From Candidatus Limnocylindrus sp. (GTDB lineage: Bacteria; Chloroflexota; Limnocylindria; Limnocylindrales; Limnocylindraceae), in contig JBBAWM010000002.1 in the NCBI GenBank assembly GCA_040397175.1, positions 160,001 through 224,000 of the forward strand: 64,000 nt of DNA, in the 5' to 3' direction. The notes beneath the pieces were generated by a model. It saw only the letters and a program-made list of their open reading frames with translations. It had not been told where the DNA came from and ran no database searches. Below are positions 38,664 through 60,955 of this stretch, one piece after another. Made by a program: the position numbers and the translations under genes. Positions within the stretch are counted from its first letter, which is position 1. Each line of letters begins with the position of its first letter.

Positions 38664-39220
38664 GCCTCGTCCTCCTTCGCAGGCTTCACTGGCTTCACGA
38701 GTTCAGGCTCCTTTGGAGCGGCGCCGCCAGCGGCTGGAGCCTCTTCAGTGGTTGGGAGGCCAAGGGCCACCTTCTGGAGGAACTTCTTGCCAAAGACAAC
38801 CTGGCCGAGATCCGCTGCGCGCTCCACGATCACCGTGCTCACCGGGAGCTTCATGCCAGCGAGGCGGAAGGCTTCCACAGCCTCTGGCCGCGTCACGCCA
38901 GCGATCTCAAAGAGGATGCGCCCTGGCTTTACCACGGCAACCCACTGGTCTGGCGCGCCCTTACCCGAACCCATGCGGGTTTCGGCAGGCTTCTTCGTGA
39001 TCGGCTTGTCAGGGAAAATGCGGATCCATACCTTGCCGCCGCGGTTGATTTCGCGCGTCATCGCACGGCGGGCGGCCTCGATCTGACGGGCGGTCACCCA
39101 CGCTGGCTCAGTGGTGGCAATGCCAAAGTCGCCGAAGGCCACGGTGCGGCCCGACTTAGCGGGGCCAGACATACGGCCGCGCTGCACCTTGCGCCACTTG
39201 ACTCGCTTCGGCATCAACAT
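38660..39220 (-). CDS. rplP: 50S ribosomal protein L16 with C-terminal extension
   Basis: [18 protein letters not shown] and RMGSGKG motifs. Confidence 0.97.
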   Translation of the reverse strand: MLMPKRVKWRKVQRGRMSGPAKSGRTVAFGDFGIATTEPAWVTARQIEAARRAMTREINRGGKVWIRIFPDKPITKKPAETRMGSGKGAPDQWVAVVKPGRILFEIAGVTRPEAVEAFRLAGMKLPVSTVIVERAADLGQVVFGKKFLQKVALGLPTTEEAPAAGGAAPKEPELVKPVKPAKEDEA

Positions 39221-39222
39221 CG

Positions 39223-39897
39223 CTATGCCCCCGATCCTGCGTTTTCAGAGAGCGGCTTCGGCTTCAGCACATCGGCCGGAGCATCGCCACGGTAGATCCA
39301 GACCTTCACACCAATCTGACCGAACGTGGTCGTGGCGTGGAAGACGGAGAAGTCAATATCGGCACGAAGGGTATGGAGCGGTAGTCGGCCGTCGCGGTCC
39401 CACTCGGTGCGGCTCATCTCTGCGCCGCCCAGTCGACCGGAGACCATGATCTTCACGCCCTTAGCGCCAGCCTTCATCGAACGCTGGATCCCCTGCTTCA
39501 GCGCCTTGCGGAAGGCGATGCGTCGGACCAACTGTGCGCCGATGGACGCGGCAACGAGATATGCGTCGAGGTCTGGCTGGCGAATCTCCTTGATCTCGAG
39601 CTTCACCTTGCCGGCGCTGATCTCGCCGATCGCAGCGCGAAGCACTTCGACGTTTGCGCCACCCTTGCCAATCACCACACCCGGCTTGGCCGAATGGACG
39701 GTCACGGTGACGTAGTTCAAGCCACGCTCGATCTCAACCTTCGAGATGCTGGCCGCGGCCAACTTCACGTCGATCAACTTGCGAATGCGGAGGTCCTCCT
39801 GGAGGAGCTTGGTGTAGTCCTTGTCGGCGTACCACTGGGCAGACCACGTCTTGGTGATGCCGAGTCGGAAGCCTACTGGGTGAACCTTCTGTCCCAT
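39223..39897 (-). CDS. rpsC: 30S ribosomal protein S3
   Basis: MGQKVHP, GRLGGAE and [10 protein letters not shown] motifs. Confidence 0.97.
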   Translation of the reverse strand: MGQKVHPVGFRLGITKTWSAQWYADKDYTKLLQEDLRIRKLIDVKLAAASISKVEIERGLNYVTVTVHSAKPGVVIGKGGANVEVLRAAIGEISAGKVKLEIKEIRQPDLDAYLVAASIGAQLVRRIAFRKALKQGIQRSMKAGAKGVKIMVSGRLGGAEMSRTEWDRDGRLPLHTLRADIDFSVFHATTTFGQIGVKVWIYRGDAPADVLKPKPLSENAGSGA

Positions 39898-39899
39898 GG

Positions 39900-40244
39900 T
39901 CAGGCCTCCTTTGCGCTTACAACGACGGTGATGTGGGTCATTGGCTTATGGATGGCGAAGGCTCGGCCCTGCGCGCGGGGTCGGAAGCGCTTCAAGGTTG
40001 GACCCTCGTCGGCGCTGGCATCGACCACGAAGAGGCGGTCGGCTGGAATGCTGTGGTTCGCTTCGGCGTTGGCCGTAGCGCTCTTGAGCACAGAGGCGAC
40101 ATCGCGCGCTGAGGAGTGCGGCAGGAAGCGCAGGATCGCCGTGGCGTCAGCCACCGACTTCCCTTTGATCGCTCGCACCACGAGCTGGGCGCGGCGGGTC
40201 GAACCGCGCACGTACTTCGCCGTTGCCTTCACGCGAATGCTCAC
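39900..40244 (-). CDS. rplV: 50S ribosomal protein L22
   Basis: [18 protein letters not shown] and HITVVV motifs. Confidence 0.96.
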   Translation of the reverse strand: MSIRVKATAKYVRGSTRRAQLVVRAIKGKSVADATAILRFLPHSSARDVASVLKSATANAEANHSIPADRLFVVDASADEGPTLKRFRPRAQGRAFAIHKPMTHITVVVSAKEA

Positions 40245-40525
40245 GAGGCCACCGCCGTCGTGCGGTCCACGCGCTGGTGGCCCTTGAACGTACGCGTTGG
40301 CGAGAACTCGCCGAGGCGGTGCCCGACCATGTTTTCGGTGATGAAGACCGGCACATGCTTGCGGCCGTTGTAGACCGCGACGGTGTGGCCGATGAAGTCT
40401 GGGTAGATGACCGATGCGCGCGACCAGGTCTTCACGACGCGCTTCTCATTGATCGCGTTCATTGCCTGAACGCGGGCAAGGAGCCGCTTCTCGATGAACG
40501 GAGCCTTCTTAGACGAACGTGACAT
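40241..40525 (-). CDS. rpsS: 30S ribosomal protein S19
   Basis: KTWSR and [13 protein letters not shown] motifs. Confidence 0.97.
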   Translation of the reverse strand: MSRSSKKAPFIEKRLLARVQAMNAINEKRVVKTWSRASVIYPDFIGHTVAVYNGRKHVPVFITENMVGHRLGEFSPTRTFKGHQRVDRTTAVAS

Positions 40526-40541
40526 TAAGCCTCCTCCTCGA

Positions 40542-41369
40542 TCAGCGTGCGTGTCGCGAGCGGACGATCAGCCGCTGCGTCAACTTGTTGCGGCGGGTAC
40601 GAAGACCCATCGCAGGCTTGCCCCAAGGCGTCTTCGGAGGCATACCCGTTGGGGCCTTGCCTTCGCCACCGCCGTGAGGGTGATCGACCGGGTTCATTGC
40701 CGAGCCACGAACCTCTGGGCGCTTGCCCATGTGTCGTGCGCGCCCGGCCTTACCGATCGCCATGTTTTCGTGGTCAAGGTTCGACACCTGGCCCACGGTT
40801 GCCATGCATAGAAGTGGGACGAGACGCATCTCGCCAGAGGGCATACGAATGGTGGCAAATGCGCCCTCTTTGGCGACGAGCTGCGCGGCAGTTCCGGCGG
40901 AACGGACCATCTGGCCGCCCTTGCCTGGAACGAGCTCGATGTTGTGGACCGTAGTACCGAGCGGCATACGGCCGAGCGGCAGGGCGTTTCCGACCTTCGC
41001 TTCAGCGTCTGGGCCCGAGACCACGTTGTCGCCGACCGAGAGGCCGTTTGGCAGGAGCATGTAGCGCTTCTCGCCATCGGCGTAGTTGAGGAGGCCAATG
41101 CGCGCTGAGCGGTTTGGATCGTACTCAACGGTCGCCACGCGGGCTGGCACGCCGAACTTGTTGCGGCGGAAGTCGATCTTGCGATAGAGGCGCTTCTGCT
41201 CGCCACCGCGGTGACGAACGGTGATCTTCCCCTGGAAGTTACGCCCTGAACCGCGCACGAGCTTCTCCGTCAGCGGCTTGTGCGGCTCGTTGGTCGTGAT
41301 CTCGTCGAACGTTGGCATGGTCATGCCACGGACGCCGGCGCTGGTTGGCTTCAATCGACGAAGTGCCAT
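40542..41369 (-). CDS. rplB: 50S ribosomal protein L2
   Basis: EYDPNRSA and [13 protein letters not shown] motifs. Start trimmed to ATG 41369. Confidence 0.97.
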   Translation of the reverse strand: MALRRLKPTSAGVRGMTMPTFDEITTNEPHKPLTEKLVRGSGRNFQGKITVRHRGGEQKRLYRKIDFRRNKFGVPARVATVEYDPNRSARIGLLNYADGEKRYMLLPNGLSVGDNVVSGPDAEAKVGNALPLGRMPLGTTVHNIELVPGKGGQMVRSAGTAAQLVAKEGAFATIRMPSGEMRLVPLLCMATVGQVSNLDHENMAIGKAGRARHMGKRPEVRGSAMNPVDHPHGGGEGKAPTGMPPKTPWGKPAMGLRTRRNKLTQRLIVRSRHAR

Positions 41370-41371
41370 GG

Positions 41372-41674
41372 TTAGACTCCTTCGAAGAACTGAATCTTCT
41401 CGCCAGGGGCGAGGGTGACCATGGCCTTGCGCCATGGGGTCGTCTTACCTGGGAAGCGACTGCGGGCGAGTGTGCCGCGCGTCTCCTTCGCCTTGGTGGT
41501 GAGCACGTTGACCTCTTTCACCTTGACGGTAAAGAGTGAGGCAATGGCGGCGGCAATCTCAATCTTGGACGCGTCGGCGTGCACCGCGAAGGTGTACGTG
41601 CCGGTCTGCGACTGCAGGATCGACTTCTCGGAGATCACGGGACGAAGGATTGTCTCGTGTGGGGTGCGGTTCAT
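41372..41674 (-). CDS. rplW: 50S ribosomal protein L23
   Basis: PVISEK, YTF.V and KAMVTL motifs. Confidence 0.95.
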   Translation of the reverse strand: MNRTPHETILRPVISEKSILQSQTGTYTFAVHADASKIEIAAAIASLFTVKVKEVNVLTTKAKETRGTLARSRFPGKTTPWRKAMVTLAPGEKIQFFEGV

Positions 41675-42285
41675 CCGTACACCTCCTGGATCTCGGCGAG
41701 AGCTGCCTGCTCGACAATGATCGTGTCGGCATTGACGAGGTCAACGACGTTGAGCGAGTCGGCGCGGAGTACCGAAAGGTGCGGGATGTTCGCCGCAGAC
41801 TTGACGAGGGCGGTCCCCACTGTCGGCGATACCACGAGCACATGCTTGCCAGCCTTGAGGGCGGTGCACATACCGGCGATCACCTGCGTCTTTGGCGTCT
41901 CGATGCCGAGCACATCAATGATCTTGAGCGTCTCGACCTTGGCGGCGAGTGCGCCCAAGAGGGCTGCACGGCGCATGCGCTTCGGGAAGGGAATCTCGTG
42001 CGAGCGGACCTGTGGCCCGAAGACAACGCCGCCGCCCTTCCACTGTGGCGATCGGGTGGAACCCTGTCGCGCGCGACCGGTCCCCTTCTGCTTCCATGGC
42101 TTGCGGCCACCACCGGCCACGGCGCCGCGCTTCTTCGAAGCGTGCGTACCCGTGCGTCGACCAGCGAGCTGCGAAACGACAGCCTGGTGAATGAGCGCCT
42201 CGTTCACCGGCGACGAGAAGGCGGCAGGCAACTCCACGGTTCCCACCTTGGCTCCGGCTTTCGAGAAGACGTCAACGGTAGGCAT
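41671..42285 (-). CDS. rplD: 50S ribosomal protein L4
   Basis: KPWKQKGTGRARQGS and GGGVVFGP motifs. Confidence 0.97.
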   Translation of the reverse strand: MPTVDVFSKAGAKVGTVELPAAFSSPVNEALIHQAVVSQLAGRRTGTHASKKRGAVAGGGRKPWKQKGTGRARQGSTRSPQWKGGGVVFGPQVRSHEIPFPKRMRRAALLGALAAKVETLKIIDVLGIETPKTQVIAGMCTALKAGKHVLVVSPTVGTALVKSAANIPHLSVLRADSLNVVDLVNADTIIVEQAALAEIQEVYG

Positions 42286-42917
42286 TAGATCTGCTCCGCC
42301 TTGCTCACTATGACGAGAGCGTTCTTCGCGCCAGGAACCGAGCCCTTGAGGAGCAAGAGGTTCTGCGCGCCGTCGGAACGAACGATGGTGACCTTCTGAA
42401 TGGTGGTGCGATCGACGCCCATGTGGCCAGCCATGCGGGTGCCGCGGTAGACACGGCCTGGGGTCGTACCGGCACCGATCGAGCCTGGCTCGCGGTGATG
42501 GTCGGCGCCGTGGGTCTCAGGTCCACTTGCGAAGCTGTGGCGCTTGATCGTTCCGGCGAAGCCCTTCCCCTTCGAGATGCCTGTCACATCAACGAGATCG
42601 CCATCGGCGAAGAGGCTGACGTCCAGCGTCTGGCCCAGGGTCATCCCCTCGGTCGAATCAACGCGGAACTCACGAACAACCGAGCAGGCTGGCAGCTCGC
42701 CCTTGAACTGGCCCTGGTCGGGCTTGTTCAGTCGGCGCTTCCCAGCCTCAATCCCAAGCTGCACGGCGGTGTAGCCGTCCAGGTCTGGGGTGCGGAGCTT
42801 CGTGACGGTGTTCGGCTCAATCGACACCACGGTAACGGGTACAGAGGTCCCGTCCGGGGCGAAGATCTGAGTCATCCCGACCTTTCGGCCGAGCAGTCCA
42901 ATCGTCATTCCACTCAC
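42285..42917 (-). CDS. rplC: 50S ribosomal protein L3
   Basis: [16 protein letters not shown] and PGSIG motifs. Confidence 0.97.
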   Translation of the reverse strand: MSGMTIGLLGRKVGMTQIFAPDGTSVPVTVVSIEPNTVTKLRTPDLDGYTAVQLGIEAGKRRLNKPDQGQFKGELPACSVVREFRVDSTEGMTLGQTLDVSLFADGDLVDVTGISKGKGFAGTIKRHSFASGPETHGADHHREPGSIGAGTTPGRVYRGTRMAGHMGVDRTTIQKVTIVRSDGAQNLLLLKGSVPGAKNALVIVSKAEQI

Positions 42918-43217
42918 CTACATCTTAATTTCAATGTCGACGCCGGCTGCGAGCGTTAGTCGCATCAGCGCGTCGACCGTCTTTGGGGTCGGATCAATGA
43001 TGTCTACCAGGCGCTTGTGTGTTCGAATCTCGAACTGCTCTCGGCTGTCCTTATCGATGAACGGCGAGCGCAGCACGGTGAACTTCTCAATGCGCGTTGG
43101 CAGCGGCACCGGACCAATCACATCGGCGCCAGTGCGCTGAGCCGTCTCAACGATCGTCTGGGCAGACTGATCGATGAGGCGGTGGTCATACGCCTTGAGC
43201 CGAATGCGGATCCGCTG

Positions 43218-43226
<9 letters not shown>
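42918..43226 (-). CDS. rpsJ: 30S ribosomal protein S10
   Basis: [16 protein letters not shown] and [12 protein letters not shown] motifs. Confidence 0.97.
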
Positions 43227-44431
<1,205 letters not shown>

Positions 44432-44479
44432 ACTCCTCCTTCTTTCTTTCTTACGCTTCTACGAACAACCGCGCGCCGA

Positions 44480-46570
<2,091 letters not shown>

Positions 46571-46579
46571 CGCTGCCTC

Positions 46580-47047
46580 CTAGAACCGGAAGTGGCTGAA
46601 GGCCTTGTTCGCCTCCGCCATCTTGTGGGTCTCTTCGCGGCGCTTCACTGCGGCACCGAGGTTGTTCGATGCATCAAGGAACTCAGCGGCGAGCTTGTCA
46701 GACATGCTCTTGCCGTTGCGCTTGCGTGCAGCCTGCACCAACCAGCGAACGCCGAGGCTCAAGCGGCGCTCGCCGCGAATCTCAACGGGAACTTGGTATG
46801 TGGCACCACCAACGCGGCGCGGCTTGACTTCGATGAGCGGTGTTGCGTTGCGCAAGGCAAGGTCGAGTACCTCAAGACCTGGGCGGTTCGCCTGCGACTC
46901 AACACGTGCAAGCGCTTCGCGCAAGATGCGCTCTGCGAGTCCGCGCTTGCCGCTCAACATCACCTTGACCACGAAGCGGTCGACGGTCTTGTTCAGCGGA
47001 ACAACTTCGTACTTGAGCTTGCGTGGGACCGTTGTACGACGTGGCAT
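46580..47047 (-). CDS. rpsG: 30S ribosomal protein S7
   Basis: RRVGGATYQVP and HKMAEANKAF motifs. Confidence 0.97.
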   Translation of the reverse strand: MPRRTTVPRKLKYEVVPLNKTVDRFVVKVMLSGKRGLAERILREALARVESQANRPGLEVLDLALRNATPLIEVKPRRVGGATYQVPVEIRGERRLSLGVRWLVQAARKRNGKSMSDKLAAEFLDASNNLGAAVKRREETHKMAEANKAFSHFRF

Positions 47048-47050
47048 CGC

Positions 47051-47482
47051 TTACTTCTTCTTCACGACGGCTTGTTCAGCCTTCGCGCCATACTTTGATC
47101 GGCTCTGCTTGCGATCCTTCACACCGGCGGCGTCGAGCGCGCCACGAACGATGTGGTACTTCACCGACGGAAGGTCCTTCACGCGGCCGCCACGAACCAG
47201 CACCACGCTGTGCTCCTGGAGGTTGTGGCCGATGCCAGGGATGTAGGCGGTCACTTCCATCTGGTTGGTGAGCTTCACGCGCGCGATCTTTCGAAGAGCG
47301 GAGTTCGGCTTCTTCGGGGTCATGGTGCGCACGATCAGGCAGACACCACGCTTCATCGGAGCGCCCTCTGCGGACTCCTGACGCTGCTTAATGCCGTTCC
47401 AGTTCTTTCGGAACGCCGAGGCCTTGATCTTCGAGACCTTCGCCTTGCGACCCTTTCGAACGAGCTGATTAATCGTAGGCAC
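47051..47482 (-). CDS. rpsL: 30S ribosomal protein S12
   Basis: [19 protein letters not shown] and GHNLQEHS motifs. Confidence 0.98.
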   Translation of the reverse strand: MPTINQLVRKGRKAKVSKIKASAFRKNWNGIKQRQESAEGAPMKRGVCLIVRTMTPKKPNSALRKIARVKLTNQMEVTAYIPGIGHNLQEHSVVLVRGGRVKDLPSVKYHIVRGALDAAGVKDRKQSRSKYGAKAEQAVVKKK

Positions 47483-47564
47483 GATGTGCGCGCGCTCCTT
47501 CTTTATTCGATTCCACTACTGGCGTGATGTCAGGACGCTTACGCCCTTTGTGCACGGACGGCGG

Positions 47565-47594
47565 AGCGTAGCAGTCAAGCACGAAGAGTGTCAA
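47565..47594 (-). promoter_or_regulatory. Sigma70-type promoter for the rpsL (str) operon
   Basis: TTGACA-N18-TACGCT, with TG at the extended -10 position. Confidence 0.65.
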
Positions 47595-47627
47595 AGCACC
47601 CCCGTGCGGGACGACCGAGCTTCGCCC

Positions 47628-52130
<4,503 letters not shown>

Positions 52131-52156
52131 GGTTTCTCCTCGCCCCTACGCCGCGC

Positions 52157-55504
<3,348 letters not shown>

Positions 55505-55579
55505 GCGGCGGCTCCTTCGTCGATCCTGGACGCTCGGCGATATGGACGCTGTTAATTGGTCGCCCAAGGGCGAAAGGAC

Positions 55580-55608
55580 ATACTAGACCCCAGAGCCGAG
55601 CCTGGCAA
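55580..55608 (-). promoter_or_regulatory. Sigma70-type promoter for rpoBC
   Basis: TTGCCA-N17-TAGTAT. Confidence 0.6.
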
Positions 55609-55648
55609 GCGGGGTACCCTGCGCCCCCATTGGGGAGGGGGTGGCGCT

Positions 55649-55675
55649 CCCCCCGCCCCACGCTGGGGCGGGGGG
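55649..55675 (-). terminator. GC-rich hairpin after rplL (terminator-like, no U-tract)
   Basis: 12-bp inverted repeat CCCCCCGCCCCA-cgc-TGGGGCGGGGGG, 15 nt past the rplL stop. Confidence 0.5.
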
Positions 55676-55690
55676 GTATTCGCCGAATTG

Positions 55691-56080
55691 TTACTTGATC
55701 TCGACCTTGGCGCCAGCCTCGGCGAGTGCGGCGACGATCTTCTCGGCGTCGGCCTTGGAGATCCCCTCCTTGATCGGCTTTGGAGCGGCGTCCACCAGGT
55801 CCTTCGCCTCCTTGAGGCCGAGGCCGGTGAGCTCGCGCACTACCTTGATGACCTGGATCTTGTTCGCGCCAACGTCCGACAGGACTGCCGAGACGGAGTC
55901 GCTGCCTGCGGCATCGCCACCTGCGGCGGCGCCACCGGCGGCTGGGGCTGCGGCAACGGCGACTGGAGCTGCGGCGCTCACGCCGAACTTCTCCTCGAAC
56001 GCCTTCACGAACTCGGAAAGCTCAAGAACGGTCATCTCGCTGACGGCCTCGAGCATCTGATCTGTAGTGAGCTTTGCCAT
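55691..56080 (-). CDS. rplL: 50S ribosomal protein L7/L12
   Basis: [10 protein letters not shown] and [20 protein letters not shown] motifs. Confidence 0.97.
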   Translation of the reverse strand: MAKLTTDQMLEAVSEMTVLELSEFVKAFEEKFGVSAAAPVAVAAAPAAGGAAAGGDAAGSDSVSAVLSDVGANKIQVIKVVRELTGLGLKEAKDLVDAAPKPIKEGISKADAEKIVAALAEAGAKVEIK

Positions 56081-56145
56081 GTCTCTCTCCTTCTTTCAGC
56101 CCAGGTGGGCCAATATTGTTACAAAATGGACCGGACTACCGGCGG

Positions 56146-56673
56146 TTAGGCCCCTTCGGACTCGCGCTTCGTCTTCAGCCCACCGAGGGCGTAGCCCAGC
56201 TTCTGCAGCGGAGCATTGAAGAGGAAGGCGAGCTTCTGGACCGGTGCCTGGAATGCCCCAGCCACCGTGGCCAAGAGCACTTCGCGGCTTGGGAGCTTCG
56301 AGAGCGCCGTCAACTGGGCCAGGTCGAGAATCGACGTCCCCAGGATGGCCCCCCTGACCTCGGCGGCTGGGTAGGCCTTCAGGGCCGCCAACACCGTCTT
56401 AGCCAGAACCGCCTCATCTCCCGTGCCGAAGGCAATTGCCGTTGGGCCGGAGAGGTGTGACGGAAGGGTGGCGTTCCCCGCCTCGTTTGCGGCGACCCGC
56501 ATCAGGCGGTTCTTCACCACCCGATACGTGATCCCCAGCGGCCGAAGCGTGTTACGGATGGCGGCGAAATCCGACACCGTAAGACCTCGGTACGAGGTAA
56601 GGATGAGCCCACGGCTCTTCGACAGCTCGTTCGCGAGCGAGTCGATCGTGCTGCGCTTCTTCTGCGTTGGCAC
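56146..56673 (-). CDS. rplJ: 50S ribosomal protein L10
   Basis: YRGLTV, VVKNRL, GPTAIAF and LPSREVL motifs. Confidence 0.95.
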   Translation of the reverse strand: MPTQKKRSTIDSLANELSKSRGLILTSYRGLTVSDFAAIRNTLRPLGITYRVVKNRLMRVAANEAGNATLPSHLSGPTAIAFGTGDEAVLAKTVLAALKAYPAAEVRGAILGTSILDLAQLTALSKLPSREVLLATVAGAFQAPVQKLAFLFNAPLQKLGYALGGLKTKRESEGA

Positions 56674-56819
56674 GGTTCCTCCTTCTCTGGACGCACAGGC
56701 CGGTGCGTCTCGGCGGATGCAGCTGGCACCCCTGCAACTCTTCGCGTCACAGGGGGTCGCGCGTTCCGCGAGAAACCCTCTGCCTCAGCATGCCCGCTCG
56801 TTGGTCGACCTTGCGGTTG

Positions 56820-56876
56820 ACCTCTGAGTGGCTTAAGTCCCCTGCCTCACGGCGGGGGTCACAGGCCCTCTTCGGC
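56820..56876 (-). promoter_or_regulatory. Putative L10 leader (rplJL autoregulatory RNA)
   Basis: Minus strand reads CCGAAGAGGGC...hairpin...CTTAAGCCACTCAGAGG, resembling the GAAGA/CUUAA/GAGG core of L10 leaders. Upstream of rplJ. Confidence 0.5.
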
Positions 56877-56960
56877 GAATCGTCGTATTTCGTCTCCCGA
56901 GCGTCTCCACTCGGGCGCTTCTGTTTCGGTCGGCCAACCGGGCCGACGCGGATGGGGAGT

Positions 56961-57665
56961 TTACCCCGCGACCGCCAGTAGTGCTGGCACGTCAACGGCA
57001 ACACCGGGCCCCATCGAGGCCGAGATGCTGACGCCCTTGATGAAGGTGCCCTTCAGCCCTGTTGGCTTGGAGCGGTTCACCGCGTCAAGCAGGGTCGCCA
57101 GGTTTCCGACGATCTGCGCTTCGGTGAAGCTCGCCTTGGCGAAGCCGAGGTGAATGATCGCGGCCTTGTCGACCTTGAACTCCACGCGTCCTGACTTCAA
57201 CTCAGCGATGGTTCGCTCTAGGTCGTTGGTGATCGTGCCAGCCTTCGGGTTTGGCATCAGGCCCTTGCGACCGAGCACCTTACCGAGCTTACCGACCTGC
57301 CCCATCATGTCTGGCGTTGCAATGGCAACGTCGAAGTCGCTCCAGCCACCGTCGACCTTGGCGATCAGATCGGCGGCGCCGACCTCATCTGCGCCGGCCT
57401 TGGTTGCCTCGTTCGCCTTCTCGCCCTGGGCAAACACAGCAATGCGGACGCGCTTGCCAGTGCCGTGCGGAAGGCCGATGGTGCCACGCACCATCTCATC
57501 GGACTGTCGTGGGTCGACACCGAGGCGAATGTGCACCTCGATCGTCTGGTCAAACTTCGCGGTCGCAGTCTTCTTCACCAGGGCAGCGGCCTCGGTTGGC
57601 TCGTACTGCTTCTCTGGGTCAACCAGCTTTGCCGCTTCGATGTAACGCTTGCCGTGCTTTGCCAT
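56961..57665 (-). CDS. rplA: 50S ribosomal protein L1
   Basis: [17 protein letters not shown] and SMGPG motifs. Confidence 0.97.
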   Translation of the reverse strand: MAKHGKRYIEAAKLVDPEKQYEPTEAAALVKKTATAKFDQTIEVHIRLGVDPRQSDEMVRGTIGLPHGTGKRVRIAVFAQGEKANEATKAGADEVGAADLIAKVDGGWSDFDVAIATPDMMGQVGKLGKVLGRKGLMPNPKAGTITNDLERTIAELKSGRVEFKVDKAAIIHLGFAKASFTEAQIVGNLATLLDAVNRSKPTGLKGTFIKGVSISASMGPGVAVDVPALLAVAG

Positions 57666-57727
57666 TTCGTTTCCTCCTTGTCGGCCGTTTGTCGGCCTCC
57701 CCCTTCACCGCGGGGTTGCGGCGATCG

Positions 57728-58153
57728 TCAGGCGACGACCTCTACTCCCATGGACTTTGCTGATCCCTCGATCATCTTGCAGGCCGCCTCAATCGTTGGG
57801 GCGTTCAGGTCAGCCATCTTCTTGGTTGCAATCTCTTGTACCTGTGTGCGGGTGATCTTGCCGACGTTACCGGCCTTGTGATCGCCAGCGCCCTTTTCAA
57901 TGCCCGCCGCCTTGCGAATCATGTCCGCAGCCGGTGGCGTCTTGAGAACGAAGGTGAACGAGCGGTCCTCGAAGATCGTGATGACGGCTGGAATCACTTC
58001 GCCCTTGCGGTCGGAGGTCTTCTCGTTGTACGACTTCGTGAACTCAACGATGTTGATGCCGTGAGGCCCGAGGGCCGTACCGACAGGTGGCGCTGGAGTT
58101 GCCCCACCCGCGGGGAGCTGCAGCGTGACGGTTGCGCGAATCTTCTGTGCCAT
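57728..58153 (-). CDS. rplK: 50S ribosomal protein L11
   Basis: [13 protein letters not shown] and GSAKSMG motifs. Confidence 0.97.
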   Translation of the reverse strand: MAQKIRATVTLQLPAGGATPAPPVGTALGPHGINIVEFTKSYNEKTSDRKGEVIPAVITIFEDRSFTFVLKTPPAADMIRKAAGIEKGAGDHKAGNVGKITRTQVQEIATKKMADLNAPTIEAACKMIEGSAKSMGVEVVA

Positions 58154-58177
58154 GGTGTGCTCCTCTCTACTCTCGGA

Positions 58178-58783
58178 TTACAGCTTCGATACTTGGAGCA
58201 GGTCGAGTTCCACTGGCGTTTCACGCCCGAAGATCGAGACCAACACCTTGACCTTGCTTCGCTCTGGGTCGATATCTTCGACCGTGCCAACGAAGTCTGA
58301 GAATGGGCCGTCGTTCACGCGGACCGACTGACCCTTGACGAAGGCAACCTTGACCACGGGGGCCTGGCCCACGCCGAGTTGGCGCAGGATCTGCTTCACC
58401 TCGGTTTCGGTGAGCGGCACTGGATCGGCCTTCATTCCTGGAATTGCTGATCCACCAACGAAGCTGGTAACACCCGGCGTGTTGCGCACGACGTACCAGC
58501 TCTCTGGCTCCATGATCATGTCAACGAGCACATACCCCGGGTAGATCTTCTTCTGCACGGTCGTACGCACACCGCCGCGAATGACGATCTCGTCTTCCAT
58601 CGGCACAACGACCTGGAAGATGCGGTCCGACATGTCCATCGACTCAATCCGGTGCTCGAGGTTCGCCTTCACCTTGTTCTCAAAGCCTGAGTAGGTGTGG
58701 ATGGCGTACCAGTGTCGTTTCGCGGTTGGCGCCGGCTTCTCAGCAGCGGCGCTTCCGGTCTCGGGGATCAGTGCATCAGTCAC
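58178..58783 (-). CDS. nusG: Transcription factor NusG
   Basis: WYAIHTYSGFE, PGYVLV and SIFGRETPVEL motifs. Confidence 0.97.
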   Translation of the reverse strand: MTDALIPETGSAAAEKPAPTAKRHWYAIHTYSGFENKVKANLEHRIESMDMSDRIFQVVVPMEDEIVIRGGVRTTVQKKIYPGYVLVDMIMEPESWYVVRNTPGVTSFVGGSAIPGMKADPVPLTETEVKQILRQLGVGQAPVVKVAFVKGQSVRVNDGPFSDFVGTVEDIDPERSKVKVLVSIFGRETPVELDLLQVSKL

Positions 58784-58808
58784 AGGTTTCTCCTCGTCGT
58801 CCAGCTAC

Positions 58809-58994
58809 TCAGGCGGGGTTGATGAGCTTGAGGATTTCGGTAAAGAGCAGGTCCCAGAAGGCGATATAGAAGCCCACGACCAGCGAGGCAACGAAGACGA
58901 GCAGGGTCAGCACGCGGACCTGTGCGCCGGTTGGCCACGCCACCTTGCGCAGTTCCGAGATTGCCTCCGAGAAGAACTTTCGGATTCGCTTCAC
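58809..58994 (-). CDS. secE: Preprotein translocase SecE
   Basis: ELRKVAWP followed by a single TM. Confidence 0.93.
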   Translation of the reverse strand: MKRIRKFFSEAISELRKVAWPTGAQVRVLTLLVFVASLVVGFYIAFWDLLFTEILKLINPA

Positions 58995-59048
58995 GCTCGT
59001 TTGCTCCTTCGCTTCACTTCACTCCCTCTGCGACCGTAGCCGAGAGGC

Positions 59049-59124
59049 TGGCAGGGGCGGCCGGACTCGAACCGACAACAACCGGTTTTGGAGACCGGGA
59101 CTCTACCAATTGAGCTACGCCCCT
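59049..59124 (-). tRNA. tRNA-Trp(CCA)
   Basis: AGGGGCGTAGCTCAATTGGTAGAG...CCGGT-CT-CCA-AA-ACCGG...GGTTCGAGTCC...GCCA. 76 nt with encoded CCA. Confidence 0.96.
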
Positions 59125-59148
59125 ACTGATGCTCTCCTTGCGCCTGAC

Positions 59149-59304
59149 CTACTTCGTCTCGCGATGCATGCGCTGCACGCGACATCGCGGGCAGTACTTC
59201 ATCAACTCGAGGCGATTCGGGTCATTGCGCTTGTTCTTGCGCGTCGTGTACGTGCGTTCCTTGCACTCCGTGCACGCGAGTTGCAGCGTGGGTCGGTTCT
59301 CTGC

Positions 59305-59313
<9 letters not shown>
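59149..59313 (-). CDS. rpmG: 50S ribosomal protein L33 (Zn-binding)
   Basis: Read manually: [54 protein letters not shown]. Confidence 0.95.
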
Positions 59314-60518
<1,205 letters not shown>

Positions 60519-60591
60519 TTCTCTCTCCGATTTCTTACTACCGTCACTTGTTAATAGCGTTGACGGTTACCGCTTTTCCCCCACCCGAAGG

Positions 60592-60667
60592 TGGAGCCCA
60601 CGACCGGACTTGAACCGGTGACCTCGTCATTACCAATGACGTGCTCTACCAACTGAGCTACGTGGGC
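60592..60667 (-). tRNA. tRNA-Thr(GGT)
   Basis: GCCCACG acceptor stem, CGTCA-TT-GGT-AA-TGACG anticodon arm, TCCA end. Confidence 0.96.
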
Positions 60668-60710
60668 CAGTCCATTTCCGATCCTATTGCTTCTCTTGTT
60701 GCTCCAGTTC

Positions 60711-60795
60711 TGGTGGGCAGGAAGGGAATCGAACCCCCACAGTCGAAGACGGCTGATCTACAGTCAGCGGAGCTCACCACCTGCTCAACCTACCC
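60711..60795 (-). tRNA. tRNA-Tyr(GTA)
   Basis: 85 nt, GCTGA-CT-GTA-GA-TCAGC anticodon arm, long variable arm, ACCA end. Confidence 0.93.
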
Positions 60796-60809
60796 TTGTG
60801 ATCCAGTGC

Positions 60810-60885
60810 TGGAGCCGACAACGGGACTCGAACCCGGAACCTACGGTTTACAAAACCGTTGCTCTACCAATTGAGCTATGTCGGC
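60810..60885 (-). tRNA. tRNA-Thr(TGT)
   Basis: GCCGACA acceptor stem, ACGGT-TT-TGT-AA-ACCGT anticodon arm, TCCA end. Confidence 0.96.
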
Positions 60886-60925
60886 GCCCACGTCGGGATA
60901 CCTTGCGATCCGTCGGTGAGGCGTG

Positions 60926-60955
60926 ATCATAGCCCCCTACGGGCGTGGGGGTCAA
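60926..60955 (-). promoter_or_regulatory. Sigma70-type promoter for the tRNA-tuf operon
   Basis: TTGACC-N18-TATGAT, about 40 nt upstream of tRNA-Thr(TGT). Confidence 0.6.
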
